Source: a virus. Taken from it: a DNA stretch of 32,874 bases. The stretch lies in the IMG/VR virus record IMGVR_UViG_3300000553_000177; one strand, given 5' to 3'. The position numbers and the translations under genes are program-made. Positions 1 to 7,303 of this stretch are shown here, in pieces; position 1 is the stretch's first letter, and each line of letters opens with the position of its first letter. A model generated the notes under the pieces. It saw nothing but the letters and a program-made list of their open reading frames with translations, was not told the DNA's origin and made no database searches.

Positions 1-58
1 TAGTAAGTCACAAGGAAAAAATCTATATAACGTTAAGTATAATGAAGAATTTTTTATC

Positions 59-196
59 ATGCCAAGAAGAAAATTTGATTTTGGTGAGAACTCAACAGTA
101 TTTTGGAAAAATGAAATTATACACTGGTCAGAAAATATAGAAGACCTTATACCATTCGTGGAACTCTATAATGATATGCTTAAATATAATCTATAA
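59..196 (+). CDS. small ORF (45 aa from the ATG; the frame is open to the window edge, so it may be 5' partial). It ends ...MLKYNL* and is convergent with the family A gene
   Basis: ATG at 59; ends atg ctt aaa tat aat cta taa; no in-frame stop upstream to position 2. Confidence 0.3.
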   Translation: MPRRKFDFGENSTVFWKNEIIHWSENIEDLIPFVELYNDMLKYNL

Positions 197-562
197 TTAC
201 AGATTATACTTGTCAGATACCCGGGAATAATTTCGGTTAGCATTTTTTAACATCTTAAACTCATCCAATGCACTCTCAAAATTATCAAAAATACCCTTAA
301 CCTTAATATACTTGATTAAAGCAGATTCAAAATAAACCTTATTATTATAATCAAAACCCTTAACAAAATAATATTTACTATGTCCACACCATCCATTCCA
401 ACCGGCTACACAATATACATCATCAAATTTACCAAAATATAAATTATTATTATAGTAAAATTCGAATATAACAAACTTACCTATTAAAGACCGAAAATAT
501 TCCATCAACTTTTCATCCACTTCATCCACAAATTCATCAAAATTTTCCTTTATATACATCAT
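197..562 (-). CDS. family A small protein (121 aa), MMYIKENFDEF...SDKYNL
   Basis: ORF track; conserved N-terminal and C-terminal family motifs; ATGA overlap with the upstream gene at 559-562. Confidence 0.6.
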   Translation of the reverse strand: MMYIKENFDEFVDEVDEKLMEYFRSLIGKFVIFEFYYNNNLYFGKFDDVYCVAGWNGWCGHSKYYFVKGFDYNNKVYFESALIKYIKVKGIFDNFESALDEFKMLKNANRNYSRVSDKYNL

Positions 563-888
563 AAATTGTATTTTTTTACATCTAAAAGAATTTGTAAAAA
601 TTCCCTAACTTCTTCCAAATCATTAGAAGAATATACAAGATCAAACCTATTATCTTTTATATAATCATTAATATACTCAGAATCATGCGTTACACTACCA
701 CCATTATAAGAATCATCATTAGTATCAATTTGATAACCTTTCAAATTTTTCCAAATAATACACTTAAAATGATCACCACCAATATAACGATAAATCTCAT
801 AATAACCTTCTAATCTATTATATATAAGATGAAATTTCACTTGATTATCAATCAAACCTAACTCTTCATATAACTTTAAATACTTCAT
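559..888 (-). CDS. family A small protein (109 aa), MKYLKLYEE...KKYNL
   Basis: ORF track; junction GCAAAAAAATACAATTTATGAAGTATTTAAAG upstream. Confidence 0.65.
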   Translation of the reverse strand: MKYLKLYEELGLIDNQVKFHLIYNRLEGYYEIYRYIGGDHFKCIIWKNLKGYQIDTNDDSYNGGSVTHDSEYINDYIKDNRFDLVYSSNDLEEVREFLQILLDVKKYNL

Positions 889-968
889 AAATTGTATTTT
901 TTTGCAGTTAAAATTAATTCACACCTTTCTATTAGTTTATCAAGATCCTTATATTTTATAAAATATAC
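885..968 (-). pseudogene. C-terminal remnant of a family A gene (...DKLIERCELILTAKKYNL*) with no start codon; a collapsed cassette
   Basis: manual translation of the minus strand; the AKKYNL+TGA overlaps the ATG of the 559..888 gene; an in-frame TAG lies about 27 codons upstream. Confidence 0.35.
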
Positions 969-1044
969 TCTACCATTTACTTCATCCCTCTCTTTGTGAG
1001 ATAAAGGTTTAATAATATCTTCTTCAAAAATTTTAGCAATATTG

Positions 1045-1323
1045 TTAATAATAAAAATATTCTTGTAAAAAACTACTAAAATCCTTTTCCCAATAATCTA
1101 AACAATTCTCTAATTGAAATATAGCCTGTCTAGGATATTTATCCTTTCCATAAGATATATAAAAACATATCCTTGATGTATTATCGATATTCTCTATACC
1201 ATAATTATCTCCTATATCATAATGATATCCTTTTACGTCTTTATACGCATCATTTAATACCAAAACCAATTCGTTAAACTTATTCTGATAATTTATACTT
1301 TCATATAATTTTAAATACTTCAT
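1045..1323 (-). CDS. family A small protein (92 aa), MKYLKLYESI...
   Basis: ORF track; N-terminal motif; ATGA overlap at 1320-1323. Confidence 0.55.
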   Translation of the reverse strand: MKYLKLYESINYQNKFNELVLVLNDAYKDVKGYHYDIGDNYGIENIDNTSRICFYISYGKDKYPRQAIFQLENCLDYWEKDFSSFLQEYFYY

Positions 1324-1703
1324 AAATTATATTTTTTTGCTTCCTCTTTCATTCTACATTCTTCTTCCTCCTCAGCAGTCAATACTATTATACCCTTATA
1401 TTCATAGCCTAAAATTTCAAATGACTTAACATTACCAGAAAATGTCCAAGAATATTTATCATCCCTAATACCCAATTCATTATTATCAATAGATATAACC
1501 GCTTCAGTTATATTTATATTCATATTCTGTAATAAATTCTCATATTGATCAATAAATTTTTTTTGCCTAACCTTCGGCATACCTATTTTATCCAACTTCG
1601 CAATAATAAATGTTATAGATGGCTTTAATATTATCTCCCAACAAACTCCTATCGGATTATAATAACTAACCTCAAATGTTTTAATATATTTCAAAGTTCT
1701 CAT
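1320..1703 (-). CDS. family A small protein (127 aa), MRTLKYIKTFE...AKKYNL
   Basis: ORF track; motifs; ATGA overlaps on both sides. Confidence 0.65.
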   Translation of the reverse strand: MRTLKYIKTFEVSYYNPIGVCWEIILKPSITFIIAKLDKIGMPKVRQKKFIDQYENLLQNMNINITEAVISIDNNELGIRDDKYSWTFSGNVKSFEILGYEYKGIIVLTAEEEEECRMKEEAKKYNL

Positions 1704-2014
1704 AAATTGTACTTTTTTGCATCATCCACCAACTCCCGAATAAAATTGTTTGCAAACATATAACAAATTTTACCATCATTATCAATAACAGAAATTATAT
1801 CATGTTCATAGTCAACCTCATCCTTCACAATACTACTATTGTTGTACACATGAAGTACTACATACTTCTTTCCAGTAGTTAATCTATCCCACCTCATATG
1901 AAAACCATCAATTAAATTAAAAATAACAATATCACCAGACCTAATACCGTAATAATTACTATTGTTATTGTCCATCATACTCTCAAATCTCTTAACATAT
2001 TTCATGTGTTTCAT
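1700..2014 (-). CDS. family A small protein (104 aa), MKHMKYVKRFE...AKKYNL; the first gene of array 1
   Basis: ORF track; motifs. Confidence 0.65.
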   Translation of the reverse strand: MKHMKYVKRFESMMDNNNSNYYGIRSGDIVIFNLIDGFHMRWDRLTTGKKYVVLHVYNNSSIVKDEVDYEHDIISVIDNDGKICYMFANNFIRELVDDAKKYNL

Positions 2015-2029
2015 ATTCTATATATAAAT

Positions 2030-2330
2030 TTTTTTAATATAAAAAAACTCCCTGATTTTTTTCAAAATTTTTCCCCAAAAAAAAATTTTGATTTTAAATA
2101 TATACAAAAATCACTATTTATAAAATCTACCGGATTTTTCCCCAAAAAAAAAATTTGATTTTCATATTTTAAGAATTGTGGCCACGCATAGGAAGTATTG
2201 GAAAATTTCCAAAAAAAATTGAATATTTGAGTTGGAAGTGAATATTAGAAGGGTGAATGTTGGAAGAACGGCAAAATTTTCATGACCCCACCATACATAC
2301 ATACATACATATGTACACCTATGCTCTCGG
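2030..2330. repeat. repeat-rich upstream region of array 1: two direct repeats of about 28 bp of TTTTCCCCAAAAAAAAATTTGATTTT (2068-2095 and 2136-2164) and a (CATA)6 microsatellite (2292-2316)
   Basis: read directly from the sequence. Confidence 0.7.
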
Positions 2331-2484
2331 ACACTTCTCACCAGGATTTAACAAGAATTTTCCTGACTCAATGAAGGTTGTAAAAGTTTATAAAAAAATT
2401 TAGGAAAGTTGGTGAGCTAACTCACCTTAGGTCTTCAGCCAGAAAAAATTATAATTCTGGCCAATCTTAATTAATATATAATCT

Positions 2485-2781
2485 ATGCCTATCTATAAAC
2501 CACCCAGAATAAGACATACACCATATGGTATATCACTATCACCAGTATCATTAGATAACTTTAAATACCTGGTGGGTATGAATGTTAATGAGATATTATT
2601 ATTTGATGATGGTACAGATGAGCATTTAGAACAAGGTCGTACTATATTACCAAGACATTATTTTATATTCGTAGGTAATAAAGATGGTGAAATGCAATTC
2701 AAACCCTATGAACCCAATCAGTATCGCATAGTAGTAAATATCTATCAAGATATTATTACAATGATAGAGTCTATTGGTTAA
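2485..2781 (+). CDS. hypothetical protein (98 aa)
   Basis: ORF track; no recognisable domain. Confidence 0.4.
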   Translation: MPIYKPPRIRHTPYGISLSPVSLDNFKYLVGMNVNEILLFDDGTDEHLEQGRTILPRHYFIFVGNKDGEMQFKPYEPNQYRIVVNIYQDIITMIESIG

Positions 2782-2945
2782 ATTTCTTTCTAATGAGATA
2801 GTATAGGAATGAATTGAATGCTATTAATATCAATATACCACCTACTATTATATAGTTAGGTTGTCCTATTACTAATGTTCCTGCAGTATATCCTGATACT
2901 GCACACCAGATATAATATGCTATTAGTCCTGTCTTACTCATATGA

Positions 2946-3203
2946 TTAGTCCTCCTTTTTAATATTATTTAACTTCTTCTTGTGTACATACTTTTCTATG
3001 AACCCTATGGGCATCTTATCTAAAAACTTATGCCATTCTTCTTCTTCTTCGTGTTTTATTTGTTGTTTTCTTATGTACTTCTTAATGAACCGTTTCACCA
3101 TCCGTAACTCCTCCCCAATTTCATCTTCCAAATGAACATATTTTAATGAAATCATCCTTCTTCGTATATATAACTTGTCCCGTTGGCTGTCGGGCGCAAG
3201 CAT
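2946..3203 (-). CDS. hypothetical charged protein (85 aa)
   Basis: ORF track; K/E-rich; no recognisable domain. Confidence 0.3.
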   Translation of the reverse strand: MLAPDSQRDKLYIRRRMISLKYVHLEDEIGEELRMVKRFIKKYIRKQQIKHEEEEEWHKFLDKMPIGFIEKYVHKKKLNNIKKED

Positions 3204-3255
3204 TCATAAATTTCCTTTCATAAATTAATTAATATAATAACATATTTAAAATTAA

Positions 3256-3295
3256 AAAAGCCACTCAAAATTATTCATATTGGGTGGCTTTTTCC
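3256..3295. terminator. hairpin AGCCAC...GTGGCT followed by TTTTT; on the minus strand it is followed by a TTTTTTAATTTT run, so it reads as a terminator in both orientations
   Basis: 6-bp GC-containing stem, loop of about 19 nt, T-run. Confidence 0.4.
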
Positions 3296-3299
3296 AGAC

Positions 3300-3850
3300 T
3301 TACGTAAGTCTTAACTTACATAGTTGGGTCAAAGGGTTATGACCATTTTTACGAACTTCCAAGACTTAATAACTCCCACTGATGTAAGTTTCGTATGAAG
3401 TTGAAGGTGCTTCCAAACCAAGGGTTATGTGTTATCCTCTAAACAGATTTACTTTATTTGAGGTCTGTAAATCATACCTACAGAATATCATCTGCATGAA
3501 ACTCTCCTTTTATGGTAGAAAAAAGAGTAAGAAAACCTTAAGTGTTTCACGTTTCACTCTTAATAACGGATATCTTATTTAAGCTAATCTTCACCAGCCA
3601 ATCCAATATTGGATTCCAATAAAGGATTTATAAGGTTCAGTTATCTGTCTGGTAGATAACGCCCTGCCTATCTCTCGCGGTTAGACATCCTACTTTATTG
3701 ATAAAGTCTTTTAGTTGACTGCCAATTCTTTTTTAGGCGAACTGGATTCAAACCTCAAGTTAAGATTCACGTTTTCTTTCCGTCGAAATATATACGTTAT
3801 TAAGATGAATAATTTAACTTATGATAAATATAGTCCCGATTTTAAAAAAG
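3300..3850. other. ORF-free island of about 550 bp with visibly higher GC than its flanks; candidate structured ncRNA or a decayed gene
   Basis: no ORF of 60 aa or more in any frame; stops in all frames; local palindromes (GACTTACGTAAGTC at 3296-3309); repeated AAGGGTTATG. Confidence 0.25.
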
Positions 3851-3852
3851 GT

Positions 3853-4188
3853 TTAAGAATTTTTTGAAAATTTATCCGAAATTAGATTATAACATAATCC
3901 ACAAATAAAACCTTCAATAATTTCTAATGCCGCTTTATTTATATCAATTAAATTAAATAATAAAGTTATTATTAACATTAAAAAAATAGTAATGCCCATA
4001 CTAATAAAAAAAATACTTAATTTTAAATCAGGTATTTCTTTATTATAATAAATTTTTAATGCCGTCAAGAATACTGAAATAGTAATCCATCCATTAAAAA
4101 AGGATAAATTAAAACCAGTAAGGTTTTGTAATCCTGATATAATCAAAAATGATACAAATGACCATAATAAACTTTTAACAATTTTCAT
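3853..4188 (-). CDS. small integral membrane protein (111 aa, about 3 TM segments)
   Basis: ORF track; hydrophobic segments. Confidence 0.5.
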   Translation of the reverse strand: MKIVKSLLWSFVSFLIISGLQNLTGFNLSFFNGWITISVFLTALKIYYNKEIPDLKLSIFFISMGITIFLMLIITLLFNLIDINKAALEIIEGFICGLCYNLISDKFSKNS

Positions 4189-4194
4189 AGGATT

Positions 4195-4752
4195 TTAATA
4201 TTTAATTCTTAATTCTTCTGGTTTTAAACCAAACTTATCAGCAATTTCTTGTATTGATAATTCAGTTATTACTGATTTTTTAGGTTCATTAATATCTACT
4301 GCATATTTCCAGGTTGCAAGCGTAGTTGAATTAGGTATTTCAGAAATATAATAAGTTCTATCATTATAATTAAATTCACCTATTACATTTCTTTCTAAGT
4401 ATGGTATTGTTTCATTGTATGGTATTGTTTCACCTGCTTTTTCATCCGTCCTAGTCCAATCACTAACTAACATTTGTTTAGGATAAATATTATACTTATA
4501 CATATCTTCAACACTTAAAACCAACACTGGTACACTATTGTCTTTAAAATATTTATAATCGTAGCAATTAAACAAACCATTAATGTTGCCATAATAATAA
4601 TTATTATCACCAGCAACCTTGGAATTTAATCCAAATTTTTTACCAACATCAACACCTTTATCTTTAAACCATTGCACAATTTTCTTACCATCTTCAGGAT
4701 AATGTGATTTAACTACTAAATTATTGAGATTTTTATTTTTTTGAATTTCCAT
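4195..4752 (-). CDS. hypothetical protein (185 aa)
   Basis: ORF track; long ORF in AT-rich DNA. Confidence 0.55.
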   Translation of the reverse strand: MEIQKNKNLNNLVVKSHYPEDGKKIVQWFKDKGVDVGKKFGLNSKVAGDNNYYYGNINGLFNCYDYKYFKDNSVPVLVLSVEDMYKYNIYPKQMLVSDWTRTDEKAGETIPYNETIPYLERNVIGEFNYNDRTYYISEIPNSTTLATWKYAVDINEPKKSVITELSIQEIADKFGLKPEELRIKY

Positions 4753-4950
4753 AAATTAATCTTGTTAAGTTTACATATTATTATATGCATTTTTAAATTG
4801 TTTATAACCCTTTAATTTAATTCCATACGAATTAGCAATACGCTTCACAATGTATAAAACTACTAACACTCCGAAAATAATCATAATCGTCATCATAAAA
4901 ACTCCTTTTACCTTATTTCTACAAATATACAAATTTATTTTGAATTAAAA

Positions 4951-4983
4951 AAATAAAAGGTCAGGGGAAAAAACACTATTTCC
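4951..4983. repeat. copy 1 of a 33-bp direct repeat, AAATAAAAGGTCAGGGGAAAAAACACTATTTCC
   Basis: near-identical copy at 5128-5160. Confidence 0.5.
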
Positions 4984-5050
4984 TTAACCTACCATCATCC
5001 ATTATGGTGTGTGTCCACATATAGATTTATTAATTAGTTAAGATTATTTA

Positions 5051-5088
5051 AAATAAAAAGAGTAGTCTTGATTAAGCTACTCTTTTTG
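5051..5088. terminator. bidirectional intrinsic terminator: AAGAGTAG-loop-CTACTCTT flanked by A-runs and T-runs
   Basis: 8-bp stem with T-run downstream on both strands. Confidence 0.55.
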
Positions 5089-5127
5089 ACACTTTATAAA
5101 TTAAGTGAAATTTATAAGGTATAATTT

Positions 5128-5160
5128 TAAATAAAAGGTCGGGGTAAAAATCACTTTTTT
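5128..5160. repeat. copy 2 of the 33-bp direct repeat, AAATAAAAGGTCGGGGTAAAAATCACTTTTTTA, immediately 3' of the lipoprotein gene
   Basis: matches 4951-4983 at about 28 of 33 positions. Confidence 0.5.
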
Positions 5161-5518
5161 ACTTATGAGGTCTATTAGGTTTTAAAGGATTTTTGGATTT
5201 AACTGTAAAAGTGTTGGTTGATTTTGTATAGAATACTTGTACTCCACCTTGATCACCGGCATTAACATTTACATAAACATCATCAAGATATCCATAACCT
5301 TCAACATAAATAGTAGCATAACCACCACCAGCATCAACAGTAAAACTTGGGCTACCGAAAGGATTAGCACTCATATTATAACCATTCCAATTTACATCTA
5401 CATAATAATTCACACTATTATCAATATAAAATGTGCCTTGTGGTTTTTTACAACCAGTAAATAATATAAGTGTCATTGCAATAAATAATACACTTACTAA
5501 AGTAATTAGTTTTCTCAT
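5159..5518 (-). CDS. lipoprotein (119 aa): signal peptide, then lipobox LFTGC
   Basis: N-terminal MRKLITLVSVLFIAMTLILFTGC; type II signal peptide with a Cys-containing lipobox. Confidence 0.6.
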   Translation of the reverse strand: MRKLITLVSVLFIAMTLILFTGCKKPQGTFYIDNSVNYYVDVNWNGYNMSANPFGSPSFTVDAGGGYATIYVEGYGYLDDVYVNVNAGDQGGVQVFYTKSTNTFTVKSKNPLKPNRPHK

Positions 5519-5640
5519 AATTTTGAATTTTTTTTTAGATTTATCTATAATATATAATATTGAATATTATAATAATAGTTTTAATTATTTCTGGGAGTTC
5601 CTTATTTAGAATAATTCTAAATAAGAAAAATAAGCATTAA

Positions 5641-5668
5641 AAAACCCTCCTAATAGAGGGTTTTTTAA
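5641..5668. terminator. intrinsic terminator: CCCTC-CTAATA-GAGGG followed by TTTTTT
   Basis: hairpin plus T-run directly after the 3' end of gene 5672..5896; A-run on the other side. Confidence 0.7.
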
Positions 5669-5671
5669 TTT

Positions 5672-5896
5672 TTAAGTTTGATTTCCTTTTTTAATTAACA
5701 TAATTATTAGTGCGACAATAGCTGCAAAATCAAAAAAATATAAGCCAGTGATATCAACTGGTACACCTGTTGATCGTTCAGATATTCCAACAATTACACC
5801 AATAAAAAATGCGATACCAATAGGTAGTAAAGCTGTCCATTTCCATCCATTGCGCCAAGCAAAAATGGTTAATACAATTTCAATTAAAAATAACAT
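5672..5896 (-). CDS. small membrane protein (74 aa, 2 TM segments)
   Basis: ORF track; hydrophobic; a terminator follows. Confidence 0.55.
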   Translation of the reverse strand: MLFLIEIVLTIFAWRNGWKWTALLPIGIAFFIGVIVGISERSTGVPVDITGLYFFDFAAIVALIIMLIKKGNQT

Positions 5897-5944
5897 AAGA
5901 AAGAAGTTTATAAGGTTTATAATTTATAAATATATTAATAAATA

Positions 5945-6142
5945 TTAATTTAGTTTATTTTTTATTTTTATATATGTTCCATTAATGATAATAAGCAATC
6001 CAAAAATTGAAATACTATATATGATACAATCACACCAATATTCAAAATTACTTGGTGTTGCTGTTCTCCAATCAAAATATATAGTCTCAATAATGCTCAG
6101 TATGAACGCAATCAACATTATGAAAAATCCAATTCTTATCAT
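5945..6142 (-). CDS. small membrane protein; start revised to the internal Met (MIRIGFFIML...), giving about 65 aa
   Basis: the N-terminal extension of the 5945..6265 ORF is a translation of the 11-bp tandem repeats (QRFPNAFQTLSKRFP), which is unlikely to be coding. Confidence 0.4.
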   Translation of the reverse strand: MIRIGFFIMLIAFILSIIETIYFDWRTATPSNFEYWCDCIIYSISIFGLLIIINGTYIKIKNKLN

Positions 6143-6184
6143 ATTACAAATATAAAAATACTTTTTTTTATAAAAAAAAGTGAT

Positions 6185-6228
6185 TGGAAAGCGTTTGGAA
6201 AGTGTTTGGAAAGCGTTTGGAAAGCGTT
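6185..6228. repeat. four tandem 11-bp repeats, TGGAAAGCGTT x4 (one unit has C>T)
   Basis: read directly; the period is one helical turn. Confidence 0.85.
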
Positions 6229-6289
6229 GATATGAGAGCAATTGAGGATGGTATTTTAGAATCATAAATATTTTCCCATACCACTGTCA

Positions 6290-6480
6290 GCCATCCAAGG
6301 TTCCCTGGAAGCCTTTGTTTATATACTGTTTAAAAACCCCTCCATTTTTCTCCACTTTTCTCCATTTTTTCTTCAAATTTAGGTTAATTTCGCCACAATT
6401 TGGTAAGATTTTTTGTTATATTTTTGCCGTTTAAGAAGGAATACGATTTAATGTTTCATATCGGTTCATATCGGATTGTT
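6290..6480. repeat. cluster of short tandem duplications: TTCTCCAYTTTT x3, TTCATATCGG x2, ATTGTTCCTA x2
   Basis: read directly; intergenic. Confidence 0.6.
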
Positions 6481-6532
6481 CCTAATTGTTCCTAAGGTTC
6501 AGAGGTTATCGTTTCACGAAATCTGTGATTAC

Positions 6533-6856
6533 TCACAGATTATATTTTTTTGTCATTTTATACAATTCAAGTTCTTCTGGTGTTGGTATAGTTAGTTCTG
6601 ATTCTTCATGTTTTGTATTTGGTGGATCGATATCGAGTATATATACTGGTATTGGTGTTACATTCAATGTAATTATAAATGTTTGTTTAATTATTTCGCC
6701 TATATTATCTGTTTGTATTAATTTAACTATTTGGCCTTCTTTATAATTGAATTTTAATATATTATAAGGATACATTTCACTTTTTGAAGGAATTTTAACA
6801 GTTTTAGGTTTAAAGAAGTCGGTTAAGAAATTTTCATATTGTTTTATATGGTACAT
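6533..6856 (-). CDS. family A small protein (107 aa), MYHIKQYENF...TKKYNL; the last gene of array 2. A hairpin overlaps its stop codon
   Basis: ORF track; motifs; hairpin TCTGTGA-TTAC-TCACAGA at 6523-6540. Confidence 0.6.
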   Translation of the reverse strand: MYHIKQYENFLTDFFKPKTVKIPSKSEMYPYNILKFNYKEGQIVKLIQTDNIGEIIKQTFIITLNVTPIPVYILDIDPPNTKHEESELTIPTPEELELYKMTKKYNL

Positions 6857-6857
6857 A

Positions 6858-7151
6858 TTATAGATTGTATTTTGACATATTATCTGCTATTTCTTTAACT
6901 TTCACTTTTGCTTCTTTATATGTATAGATTGGAATGTTATATGTTTGTGCTTTTTTTTCTTTGAGTGTACCTTGTCCTTTATATTGAACTATGAGCATAT
7001 TTGTTTTTTTATTAAGTGTAGAGTGTTTGAAACCATTTTCTTCCATGAATGAGAAGAATTCGGCTTTAGTCGAGAAGGTTGGTTTTGGTGCTCCTGAGCA
7101 TTCGAATGTATAGTGGTCTTCAAAGTCTTCGAATAATTTTAAGTGTTTCAT
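6858..7151 (-). CDS. family A small protein (97 aa), MKHLKLFEDF...MSKYNL
   Basis: ORF track; motifs. Confidence 0.65.
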   Translation of the reverse strand: MKHLKLFEDFEDHYTFECSGAPKPTFSTKAEFFSFMEENGFKHSTLNKKTNMLIVQYKGQGTLKEKKAQTYNIPIYTYKEAKVKVKEIADNMSKYNL

Positions 7152-7211
7152 ATTGGTAATTATTTTTTATATGCGTCTTTAATAGATGCGTCTTTAATTT
7201 ATAGGTTATCG

Positions 7212-7303
7212 TTACAGATTATATTTTGATGCTATTATTTTAGCTTCTAAATTTTTTTCAAATAACTTGTATCGTTAGATTCGTATATTTTAATATATTT
7301 CAT
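7212..7303 (-). pseudogene. collapsed family A cassette: an 18-codon minigene MKYIKIYESNDTSYLKKI* followed by an orphan ...ASKYNL* end motif
   Basis: manual translation; the ATGA overlap with gene 7300..7626 is retained and the middle of the cassette is deleted. Confidence 0.45.

Noticed and set aside
197-2014. Classical integron (attC) cassette array
   Set aside because: No intI-like tyrosine recombinase and no attI/Pc are visible in the window. The conserved junction is translated into both protein termini, whereas attC sites are normally extragenic. I kept it only as an analogy.
3715-3745. tRNA-like T-arm (GGATTCAAACC)
   Set aside because: The flanking bases do not form a T-stem, an acceptor stem or an anticodon arm on either strand.
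5237-5464. Plus-strand and antisense ORFs lying entirely inside longer opposite-strand genes (also 5748..5948, 6486..6746, 8909..9106, 11130..11369, 11487..11702, 11722..11934, 12239..12457, 13442..13657, 17059..17304, 17937..18131, 20469..20690, 22674..22880, 23519..23710, 23749..23970, 24511..24696, 24725..24934, 27067..27258, 28030..28281, 32002..32205, 32311..32586)
   Set aside because: Their composition is low-complexity I/F/L/N-rich, typical of antisense frames in AT-rich DNA. Each is fully overlapped by a better-supported gene with family motifs or domains.
6185-6228. Possible CRISPR array
   Set aside because: The 11-bp units are directly tandem with no spacers. No other repeat-spacer structure occurs in the window.
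5945-6265. Full-length 106-aa ORF with N-terminus MILKYHPQLLSYQRFPNAFQTLSKRFPITF
   Set aside because: That N-terminal segment is the translation of the 11-bp tandem repeats, so the internal Met at 6142 is a more plausible start.
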